64,000 nt of DNA from Bacteroidales bacterium (lineage in GTDB: Bacteria > Bacteroidota > Bacteroidia > Bacteroidales > JAHJDW01): contig JBAZBZ010000007.1 of assembly GCA_041671145.1 (NCBI GenBank), positions 34,461 through 98,460 on the forward strand, given 5' to 3'. Below the pieces are notes generated by a model. That model saw only the letters and a list, made by a program, of their open reading frames with translations. It was not told where the DNA came from and did no database searches. The first letter of the stretch is position 1. Every line of letters starts with the position of its first letter. Of this stretch, positions 48,258 to 57,200 are shown one piece after another. The position numbers and the translations under genes are program-made.

Positions 48258-49142
48258 ATGGAGCAGTTCAAAAAAGCGTTATTTGTATTAAATCCGGTAT
48301 CTGTTGGAAAAAGAAATAAAAATATTTCAGAAAAAATAAAATCAATTATCGGAGAAAAAATAAATCATAAAATAATTATTTGGGAAAACGCAAAGCATGA
48401 TATCGGAAGCATTGTGAAAGCCGAAATGAATAAAGAAAATTATGACTTGATTGTTGCTGTTGGTGGCGATGGAACTGCAAATGAAATAGCATCGGTACTC
48501 ACAAACACAAATGTTACATTTGCATTAATACCATCGGGTTCGGGAAATGGTCTTGCCCGCCATCTTAAAATTCCAATGAAGCCGGATGATGCTTTACATC
48601 TCCTGTTAAATGGAAAGGTGAAAAATATTGATACATGTTATATAAATGAGCATCCGTTTTTTTGTACGAGCGGTATAGGTTTTGATGCACATATTGGAAA
48701 ATTATTTGTCAATAGTGTTGAACGCGGTTTCAATAGTTATCTTAAAATCGTCATTAATGAAGTTTTTAATTATAAACCTAAATTGTATGAATTGGAAATT
48801 GATGGTAATAAAATTTCCGTAAAAGCTTTTCTAATTACTTTTGCAAATGCAAATCAATATGGCAATAATGCTGTAATTGCTCCTGAAGCCGATATTCAGG
48901 ATGGAATTATTGAGGTTACAGTTATAAAACCGTTTAATGTTTTTCAGGCAATTATAATGGCAGTGCGATTGTTTGCCCGCAATATTAATAAGTCCTGCTG
49001 TGTTGAAACGTATAAAGCAAAAAATATTAAATTATTTTCTGTAGAAAACAATGTAATTCATTTTGATGGCGAACAGGGCGAAATATCAGGAAATTTAGAA
49101 TTAAAAAATCACAAACAAAGTTTAAGGGTTTTGGTAAAATGA
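48258..49142 (+). CDS. Diacylglycerol/lipid kinase family protein (YegS/DAGK catalytic domain)
   Basis: NPVSVGKR..., VAVGGDGTANE and PSGSGNGLA motifs. Confidence 0.8.
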   Translation: MEQFKKALFVLNPVSVGKRNKNISEKIKSIIGEKINHKIIIWENAKHDIGSIVKAEMNKENYDLIVAVGGDGTANEIASVLTNTNVTFALIPSGSGNGLARHLKIPMKPDDALHLLLNGKVKNIDTCYINEHPFFCTSGIGFDAHIGKLFVNSVERGFNSYLKIVINEVFNYKPKLYELEIDGNKISVKAFLITFANANQYGNNAVIAPEADIQDGIIEVTVIKPFNVFQAIIMAVRLFARNINKSCCVETYKAKNIKLFSVENNVIHFDGEQGEISGNLELKNHKQSLRVLVK

Positions 49143-49193
49143 AAATTGCCATAGATTTACAGACAATGCTTTTTTATACTAAGTACTTCCTTC

Positions 49194-50591
49194 CTATCTT
49201 GCAAAACTTCTAAACAATAAAAACAATCCGCCGGAAAGAAGGATTGTTACGGGAATTGTAATTATCCATGTAAGAATAATGTTTGTAATTGTTTTTCTCT
49301 GTAAATTTTTAATGCCTCCTTCATAAACCATGCTTCCTGCAACGCCGGAAGACAAAACGTGAGTAGTGCTTACAGGTAATCCTAAAAATGAAGAGAATCC
49401 TATTGTGCATGCGGCTACTATTCCTGAGCTGGCACCCTGTGCATAATTCATGTTAGTTCTTCCTATTTTTTCTCCTATAGTTACTACTATTCTTTTCCAT
49501 CCGAACATTGTTCCAAGTCCGAGAGAAAGCGAAACTAAAAGAATTACCCACCATGGAGCAAACTCGGTGTATGACTTAAGCTCTTTTATATTTAATTTAA
49601 GTTTGTATAATTCATCTTTATTAAGATTAGTTTTGCAAGTTGTTAATCCGGGAGTTAAACTTTCCAGATTTAAAATGTTTTTTCGTAATTCGAAATTGTA
49701 TTTTTTTGAATCAACATCAGGATTTTGCAGATTATTCAAAATATTTTTTATTGTGGCAATGTTCATTTGCGCTTTAAAAACAGCAATAGTATCTTTTGGC
49801 AGCATTTTGTTTTTATCGGTTTTGTTAAGGAACCACTCAATAGCATTTGCGCTACCAATCATGTTTGATGGATTTTTGGAAGGGTTTATTGCAAATCGTG
49901 CCGGTAAAAAGCATATTAAAATTATCATAAACAAACCTATTCCTTTTTGTCCATCGTTTGAGCCATGTGAATAGCTGACGCTCGTACAGGTGAGAACCAG
50001 AAGTCCTCTTATCCAGAACGGAGGTTTTTTATGCTCCTCGGGTGTGTGAAAGAATTTCTTTTTTTTAATTATTTTTTTTAAAAAAAACATTAATATAATT
50101 GTTACTCCAAATCCAATTATCGGTGAAACGAGCAAAGAAAGTCCGGCATCAATTACTTTATTCCAGTTCGGTTCTACAGAATTTGAAGTAGTAATCATAA
50201 AGGCAATTCCTACCCCAAAAATTGAACCAATTAATGTGTGTGAACTTGAACAAGGTATTCCGAGATACCACGTGCTAAAATTCCATATTACAGCTGTTAA
50301 TATGAGTGATAATATCATTGAAACGCTGTGATAAATATTCTGGTCAACCAATGCCTGTAGTGGTAAAAGGTTAATAATTCCCATTGCAACAGCAATACCT
50401 CCGAGATAAACACCAAGAAAATTCCATATACCCGACCATATCACTGCGGCATGTGGTTTTAATGACTTTGTATAAATAACTGTTGCAACAGCATTTGCCG
50501 TATCATGAAATCCATTGATGAATTCAAACGTGCAGGCAGCAAGTAAGCAAACGAACAGCAGAATAAATAAACCTAAATCCAATCCTAACAT
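49194..50591 (-). CDS. pit: PiT-family inorganic phosphate transporter, paralogue 2
   Basis: Same 465-aa length and gap-free colinearity with paralogue 1. Most positions are identical by eye. Confidence 0.85.
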   Translation of the reverse strand: MLGLDLGLFILLFVCLLAACTFEFINGFHDTANAVATVIYTKSLKPHAAVIWSGIWNFLGVYLGGIAVAMGIINLLPLQALVDQNIYHSVSMILSLILTAVIWNFSTWYLGIPCSSSHTLIGSIFGVGIAFMITTSNSVEPNWNKVIDAGLSLLVSPIIGFGVTIILMFFLKKIIKKKKFFHTPEEHKKPPFWIRGLLVLTCTSVSYSHGSNDGQKGIGLFMIILICFLPARFAINPSKNPSNMIGSANAIEWFLNKTDKNKMLPKDTIAVFKAQMNIATIKNILNNLQNPDVDSKKYNFELRKNILNLESLTPGLTTCKTNLNKDELYKLKLNIKELKSYTEFAPWWVILLVSLSLGLGTMFGWKRIVVTIGEKIGRTNMNYAQGASSGIVAACTIGFSSFLGLPVSTTHVLSSGVAGSMVYEGGIKNLQRKTITNIILTWIITIPVTILLSGGLFLLFRSFAR

Positions 50592-50832
50592 AATATCAAT
50601 TTTTTGTTAAAATTATATTAAAACCAATTCAACACAAAAAATTTGTCAAAAAAAATACTTGATTGTTAATAAAAAAAACAGAAGAGTAATAATATAAGTT
50701 ATTCGTTAAAAATGTTTGTGGTTTGTCATTAATTCGGTTTTTCTCGTAGCTCTTGACTCATAGCTCGTAGCTATTGTTAAAGGTTTATTAATAGGTGGGG
50801 ATAAAGAGTATCATTATTAAAAAGCAAAGTAC

Positions 50833-51561
50833 TCAAAATCCCAGAAATTCAATTCCTAATCCGCAAATAAGAATTGTTCCGCCTGCAATTGCGTGCATAT
50901 AACGTTCCATTTTATGCATCGGAATAAAATTAAATCCGAACAATGAGATTAACACAATTGTGAGCATTGTTGCAATTGTGAAAAATGAAAATACGAGAGT
51001 TACAATGAGCATACCTGAAATACTTTCTTGTGCCGCAGGATACATAAGTATGGGAATCAGCGGTTCGCAGGGACCGAAAACAAAAACCGTAAATAATACC
51101 CATGGAGTTAAATTTATTTTTTTTTCTTCTTTGTGTGTGTGTTCATGTTTTTCGCCATCATGTGAATGTTTGTGCAAATGTTTATGTAAATAAATTTCAT
51201 TATTTTCGTGAATATGAAAATGTTTGTGTGGTTTGTTTTTATATGCTTTCCATAATCCCCAGATAAAATAAATTAATCCAAACAAAATAAAAAGCCATGC
51301 AGCAACATTGCCACGATAACCTTCAATAAATTCTAATTTTGCAACGGCAATGCCTGTTGCAATACCAACAAGCCCTATTACAACGGAACTCCCCACATGC
51401 CCAATGCCGCATAAAATTGTTATCCATATTGTTTTTGAAACTGACCAATTGCGGGCTTTTGACATAACTATAAAAGGAACATAATGGTCAGGTCCTGTCA
51501 GCGTGTGGAAAAATCCGATTGATGCTGCTGTGATTGTAAGTAATATTAATGCTTCGTTCAT
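50833..51561 (-). CDS. NicO/RcnA-like nickel/cobalt transporter with His-rich cytoplasmic loop
   Basis: GFFHTLTGPDH (H-x4-P/G-x-H type) in TM1, FGPCEPLIP in the second half, and the loop KPHKHFHIHENNEIYLHKHLHKHSHDGEKHEHTH. Operon with nikR. Confidence 0.6.
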   Translation of the reverse strand: MNEALILLTITAASIGFFHTLTGPDHYVPFIVMSKARNWSVSKTIWITILCGIGHVGSSVVIGLVGIATGIAVAKLEFIEGYRGNVAAWLFILFGLIYFIWGLWKAYKNKPHKHFHIHENNEIYLHKHLHKHSHDGEKHEHTHKEEKKINLTPWVLFTVFVFGPCEPLIPILMYPAAQESISGMLIVTLVFSFFTIATMLTIVLISLFGFNFIPMHKMERYMHAIAGGTILICGLGIEFLGF

Positions 51562-51576
51562 TTGTGTGTGTTAGTT

Positions 51577-52356
51577 TCAAAATCGTATTGTAAATCCTGC
51601 TATGCCCGTATAATCACATTCGGATTCGCTTAATCCTTGTTTGTATCCTGAACTTAATTCAATATCTTTTATTATCATATAATATAAGCCAATTAATCCA
51701 AAGATAACGGGAGTGTTGTTCTCTTTATCGGGATTTTTTTCAATACCGAAATTCAAAACGGGATGAAAACCTTTAAATAATTCGTAATCGAAAGATGTGC
51801 AAACATCCCATATGTGCATTTTTGAATTACATTTATTGAAATTGGTTAAATACCCGAAATTCAGATTAAATATAGTTTTGTCATTTTTTAATGTATAAAC
51901 AAAATACAATGATGCATTCCATTCACCGCATCCGAAATCATTTTTGTAATTACCGCTTGGGAAAATTATTCCGGGTTTGATTACAAATAGGTGTTTGTTG
52001 TTTTTTAAGAACTGATATTTGAATTCAAAACCAATGTCTGAAATACCATACTCTTTGTGATTTATTGTATCTGATTTTATTTTGTGCCATGCTAATGGAA
52101 CACCTAAAACAATATCAAGTTTATCATTAAAGCCGTATGTGAATATCAAATCAGAATATGAATTTTTATTAATATGTCTGAGCGTATTGTCAATTTCATT
52201 TCCATAACAAGCTTCAACTTGCTTTATCTTTTTGCCAACAAGTTCGGCGTTATCAGTAATTAAAGGAAGCTGAGCATAAGTTGAAAGAATGGAAAAATAA
52301 AAAAGGAAATGAATGAAGCAAATTATTGTTACTTTTATGTAATTTCGTGTTACCAT
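51577..52356 (-). CDS. Outer-membrane beta-barrel protein (MetA-pathway/'transporter' family-like)
   Basis: Signal peptide ending ...STYAQ, alternating-hydrophobic strands, C-terminal ...GFTIRF. Family call is tentative. Confidence 0.4.
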   Translation of the reverse strand: MVTRNYIKVTIICFIHFLFYFSILSTYAQLPLITDNAELVGKKIKQVEACYGNEIDNTLRHINKNSYSDLIFTYGFNDKLDIVLGVPLAWHKIKSDTINHKEYGISDIGFEFKYQFLKNNKHLFVIKPGIIFPSGNYKNDFGCGEWNASLYFVYTLKNDKTIFNLNFGYLTNFNKCNSKMHIWDVCTSFDYELFKGFHPVLNFGIEKNPDKENNTPVIFGLIGLYYMIIKDIELSSGYKQGLSESECDYTGIAGFTIRF

Positions 52357-52370
52357 AAATTCAAAAAAAA

Positions 52371-52772
52371 TTATTCCAAATCCGTCATCACAAGCTTACC
52401 ATGCTTAATTCCCTTTGTTCCTATTATTCTTTCTGACAAATTAATCAAATCTTTTGATTTTCCTTTAACAGCAATAGTTTCGAGGCATAAGTCATGAGCA
52501 ATATGGACATGTTGGGTTGAGAGAATCAAATCATGAAAATCGTGCTGGATGTGCATTAAAATATTATTTAGTTCTCTTTTGTGGTGGTCGTAAACAATAA
52601 CAATTGCACCGGCAACTGCCTTGTTATTATCCCACTTTTCTTTTACATTATTGTTCTTAATAAGATTACGGATTGCCTGCGAACGATTGGGAAACTTGTT
52701 TTGCTTAACAAGTGCATCGAGCGATTGCAAAATGCTTTTTTCGAGTGAAACTCCAAATCGTTTTATTTGCAT
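52371..52772 (-). CDS. nikR: Nickel-responsive transcriptional regulator NikR
   Basis: Ribbon-helix-helix N-terminus (RFGVSLEKSILQSLDALV...NRSQAIRNLI) and a C-terminal ACT-like domain with His residues (VYDHHKRE...HIQHDFH...HVH). Confidence 0.8.
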   Translation of the reverse strand: MQIKRFGVSLEKSILQSLDALVKQNKFPNRSQAIRNLIKNNNVKEKWDNNKAVAGAIVIVYDHHKRELNNILMHIQHDFHDLILSTQHVHIAHDLCLETIAVKGKSKDLINLSERIIGTKGIKHGKLVMTDLE

Positions 52773-52800
52773 TGTAGCACTTTTTTATTAAATAGTGGCA

Positions 52801-52808
52801 CAAAATTA
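52801..52808 (-). promoter_or_regulatory. -7 promoter box (TAATTTTG on the minus strand) for the nikR operon
   Basis: CAAAATTA on the plus strand, 29 nt upstream of the nikR ATG at 52772. Confidence 0.4.
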
Positions 52809-52842
52809 AAAATATAATTTTATTAAAAAAATAAAATTAATG

Positions 52843-52867
52843 TATAATTATACAAATAAAAATTATA
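52843..52867. promoter_or_regulatory. NikR-operator-like palindrome
   Basis: TATAATT (52843-52849), an 11-nt spacer, then AATTATA (52861-52867). This matches the published Helicobacter NikR consensus TATWATT-N11-AATWATA exactly. It lies in the nikR/argG divergent spacer. The background is very AT-rich. Confidence 0.4.
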
Positions 52868-52886
52868 ATTATAAATTTATTTTTAT

Positions 52887-52894
52887 TATTTTTG
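52887..52894 (+). promoter_or_regulatory. -7 promoter box (TATTTTTG) for argG
   Basis: Lies 37 nt upstream of the ATG at 52931. Confidence 0.4.
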
Positions 52895-52930
52895 TAAAAA
52901 AAATGAATTAACAAATAAAAATTTAAACAC

Positions 52931-54169
52931 ATGAAAAAAGATAAAATAGTATTGGCATACAGCGGTGGATTGGACACTTCTGTAATTTTAAAATGGTTGT
53001 TGGAAAAAAATTATGATGTAATAGCATATATTGCTGATGTTGGACAAGATGAAGATTTTGAAGCAGCAAAGGAAAAAGCTTTAAAGATAGGTGCTTCAAA
53101 AGTTTATATCGAAGATTTGAAAGAAGAGTTTGTTGAAGATTTTATTTTTCCTGCAATAAAAGCAAATGCAGTGTATGAAAACAGATACTTGCTTGGCACA
53201 GCTCTTGCCCGTCCTTTGATTGCCAAAAAGCATATCGAAATTGCTGAAAAAGAAAATGCAGATTATGTTGCACATGGTGCTACAGGTAAGGGAAATGACC
53301 AGGTTCGTTTTGAGCTTACTTTTTACGCATTGAATCCGAAAATAAAAATTATTTCTCCATGGAAAACGCAAGAGTTCTTGAATGAATTTAAGGGTAGGAC
53401 AGACATGTTGAATTATGCTGAAAAGCACAAAATACCGGTAAAAGCATCATTGAAGAAACCATACAGCGAAGACGATAATCTGATGCACATCAGCCACGAA
53501 GCAGGAATCCTTGAAGACCCAAAATATACTCCCGAAAAAGATATTTATGTTAAAATGAAGCTCCCTCAATACGCACCTGATAAAGAAACTAAAATTGAAA
53601 TTCATTTTAAAAATGGGTTACCTGTTAAGGTTGTTAATCGTGATGATAAAACTCAATACACAAAACCATTAGAGTTGTTTCAATATTTGAATAAAGTGGG
53701 AGGGGAAAATGGAATCGGACTCGAGGATTTGGTTGAAAATCGTTATGTAGGTATTAAATCGCGCGGTGTGTATGAAACTCCCGGTGGAACAATCCTTTTG
53801 AAAGCACACATGGACATTGAAGGAATAGCAATGGACAGAGAAGTTATGAAATTGCGCAACATGCTTTCGCCTGTTTTTGCTGAAATAGTGTATAACGGAT
53901 ACTGGTACAGTCCCGAAATGGATTTCCTGATGGCTGCAATTAATAAAAGTCAGGAATTGATTGATGGCATTGTATATTTAACTTTATATAAAGGAAACAT
54001 ATTGGTTGATGGCAGGGAATCTCCGAGTTCATTATATAATAAAGAGATGTCGAGCATGGATATTGAAGGTGGCTTTGACCAGAAGGATAGTGCTGGATTT
54101 ATCAGGATTAATGCTGTTCGACTAATGGCTCATAACGAAATTATGAAAAAGAAGAACAGCAATAAATAA
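52931..54169 (+). CDS. argG: Argininosuccinate synthase
   Basis: [12 protein letters not shown]-binding motif, [13 protein letters not shown], and [19 protein letters not shown]. Confidence 0.9.
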   Translation: MKKDKIVLAYSGGLDTSVILKWLLEKNYDVIAYIADVGQDEDFEAAKEKALKIGASKVYIEDLKEEFVEDFIFPAIKANAVYENRYLLGTALARPLIAKKHIEIAEKENADYVAHGATGKGNDQVRFELTFYALNPKIKIISPWKTQEFLNEFKGRTDMLNYAEKHKIPVKASLKKPYSEDDNLMHISHEAGILEDPKYTPEKDIYVKMKLPQYAPDKETKIEIHFKNGLPVKVVNRDDKTQYTKPLELFQYLNKVGGENGIGLEDLVENRYVGIKSRGVYETPGGTILLKAHMDIEGIAMDREVMKLRNMLSPVFAEIVYNGYWYSPEMDFLMAAINKSQELIDGIVYLTLYKGNILVDGRESPSSLYNKEMSSMDIEGGFDQKDSAGFIRINAVRLMAHNEIMKKKNSNK

Positions 54170-54217
54170 TAACAATTTAATAAAATATTTGGTACTGAAT
54201 AGTTACAAATATTTTTG

Positions 54218-57200
54218 TCAGAACCACCTAATCAAATTCAAATCTTGCCTGTGTATTAAATTAGGATTTTTAGGGAAGATTCTGAAGCCATAATTATATG
54301 TACCTGCCTTATCGGAGGGAACGTCGCAGATGAACTTTACTTGCCTGTCGTTAATTTTTTCAAACGTAAGTTCAAGTTTATAAATAATTTCAGGTTGCTC
54401 GCTTGCTATATCGGTAAAAATTATTTCAATACCTATGTCATCAACTGAAAGTTCGTTCAAATCGAGTACAACTTCTGCATGAAAGTCATGTCCGAGTTTT
54501 AGTGCATTGTTCGCAACATCCGGACTTGTTGCTACGGAAACTATTTCGATGCTTTCCCATCCTCTCGAAACAACTTTTTTCCAATGCGCAAGTTTTTTTG
54601 CAAGCATAAAGTCATTTTCTTTGAGGTTTAAAGAATTTTTATATAATTTATTATAAAATTTGTTATAATAATCTTCAATCATTCTCTTTGTATTGTATTT
54701 CGGGGCTATTTCGGCTATTGCTTTTTTAATATATGAAATCCATTCTTTGGGAATACCATTTGCGTCTCTTTTGTAGAACATCGGTATTATTTCATTTTCA
54801 AGAATATTATAAATTGTAACGGCATCAAGTTCATCCTGAAATTCTTCGTTATTGTATGCTGCTTTTTCTTCAAGTGCCCATCCTGCTTTTTCAACATACC
54901 CTTCAGCCCACCATCCGTCCATTACACTAAAATTAAGTACACCGTTCATAGTTGCTTTTTCTCCGCTTGTTCCTGAAGCTTCAAGCGGTCGCCTCGGATT
55001 ATTAAGCCATACATCAACACCCTGAACAAGTTTTTTTGCAAGTTCCATGTCATAATTTTCAACAAATAATATTTTACCCATAAACTCAGGTCTTCTTGAA
55101 ATGTCAAAAATTGCTTTGATGGATTCCTGACCTGCTTTATCCTGTGGATGAGCTTTACCTGCAAAAATAAATTGCACGGGTTTCTTTTTATCATTAACAA
55201 TTTCATTCAATCTGTTAATGTCTTTGAATAACAAATAAGCTCTTTTGTATGTTGCAAAACGCCTTGCAAAGCCGATAGTGAGTATATCGTCTTTTGTTGT
55301 TTTAACAATTTCTATAATTTTATGGGTGTTTTCCTGACGCTTTGTCCAGCTGTTTATGATTCTGTTATTAACATATACCATTAACTCTTTTCGTAGCTTC
55401 TGTCGTATATCCCATATTGTTTTATCGGGAACTTCGTGAATTTTTTTCCAGAATTTTTTTTCTGATTGATTTTCTAAAAATCCTTTTTCAAAAGTTGTTT
55501 CATAAAGTTCACGCCATCTTCCTGCTGTCCATGTGGGGTAATGCACTCCATTGGTTACGTAACTTACGTGTGACTCTTCGGGGAAATAACCTTCCCAAAG
55601 GTCTGAAAACATTTTTTGCGAAACCCTTCCGTGAATTTTGCTTACTCCGTTGATTTCACTTGATAATCGTGCGGCAAGATAGCTCATTGAGAATTTTTCA
55701 GTACTGTCGTCAGCATGCAATTTTCCTAAGCTCATAAATTCGTTCCATGTTAAATTAAGCCGGTCGGGGTAATGCGAGAGATATGTTCTTAGCATATCTT
55801 CAGAAAAGGCATCATGTCCTGCCGGAACAGGGGTATGAGTTGTAAAAAGATTTGAAGATTTTACAATTTCCATTGCTTCGAGGAAAGAACGGTTTTCGTT
55901 TTGCATCACTTTTCTAAGTCGTTCAACACAGAGAAATGCTGCATGTCCTTCGTTACAATGATAAATATCAGGATTCAAATCAAGTGCATCCAATAATCTT
56001 ATTCCGCCAACACCGAGTAAAAGTTCTTGTTTCAAGCGATTTTCCCAATCTCCTCCGTATAATTGATAAGTTATTGAACGGTCGCTCTCTGAGTTTTTAT
56101 CGTAATCAGTATCTAAAAGATACAAAGGAACTCTGCCTACATCAACTTTCCAGATTCTTGCGTAAATGGTACGTCCCGGAAATGCAAGTGTTATTTCTTT
56201 CCATTCACCATTTTCATCTTTAACGGGTTTAAGAGGTGTTTGCGAATAATGCTGAGGTTCAATAACACTTAATTGTGCTCCGTTTAAAGATAATTGCTGA
56301 ATAAAATATCCGTTTCTGTATAATAAGCTTATCCCAATTATATCATGATTGCAATCACTTGCTTCCTTTAAATAATCTCCTGCCAGAATTCCCAGTCCTC
56401 CCGAAAAAGTTTTCAGGGAATCGTGAAAGCCGAATTCCATAGAGACATATGCTATTTTCGGTTTGTCTTTTTCAGAAGATTTGGAAATATAATCAGTAAA
56501 TTCTTTGTGAACTTTTTTTAGTTTGTCAGTAAAAATTTTATCTTTTTCAAATTTCAGAAATTGTGAATAATGCATCGAATTAATCATTGCAACAGGATTG
56601 TGATTTGTTTTATTCCATAATTCACAATCCATATATTCAAATAATTCTTCACTTTCAGGATTCCATGTCCACCAAAGATTGCTTGCAATTTCCTTAATTC
56701 CTTCCAGCGATTTGGGTACATTTGATTCAATGTTGATGCGACGCCAAATAGGCTTGTGTTGTGATTCTACTTTGTGCAGGGTTATTTCAGGATAAAGTTT
56801 AGCTTTAAATGTAGATGCTCTTTTTTGAACTTTGCTCAATGCGATATTATATGCTTGCTCGTAATATTTTATTAGATTTTTCCACAAAGCAATTCTTGAC
56901 ATAACAAATGCCTGCTCTCGTGATTTGGCTCTTCCTTCTTCGGATCTATTGATATAATCCTGTAATTCATTAACTATTTCTGAAACCACATAATCATTAT
57001 TATTCTCTGTTCTTTCAATTACAGCAGCACCTTCGGTCATTTTGTCGTAAATGGTTTTAATCCACATGCCAAAACCTGAAAGAGTTGTGGTAACAGTGGG
57101 TACATGAAAAGCCAAGCTTTCGAGCGGGGTATATCCCCACGGTTCGTAATATGAGGGAAATACTGTTACGTCAATTCCTATTAAAACATCGTAATAGTGC

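Noticed and set aside
49450-49974. 174-aa plus-strand ORF
   Set aside because: Antisense shadow of PiT paralogue 2, with no recognisable motifs.
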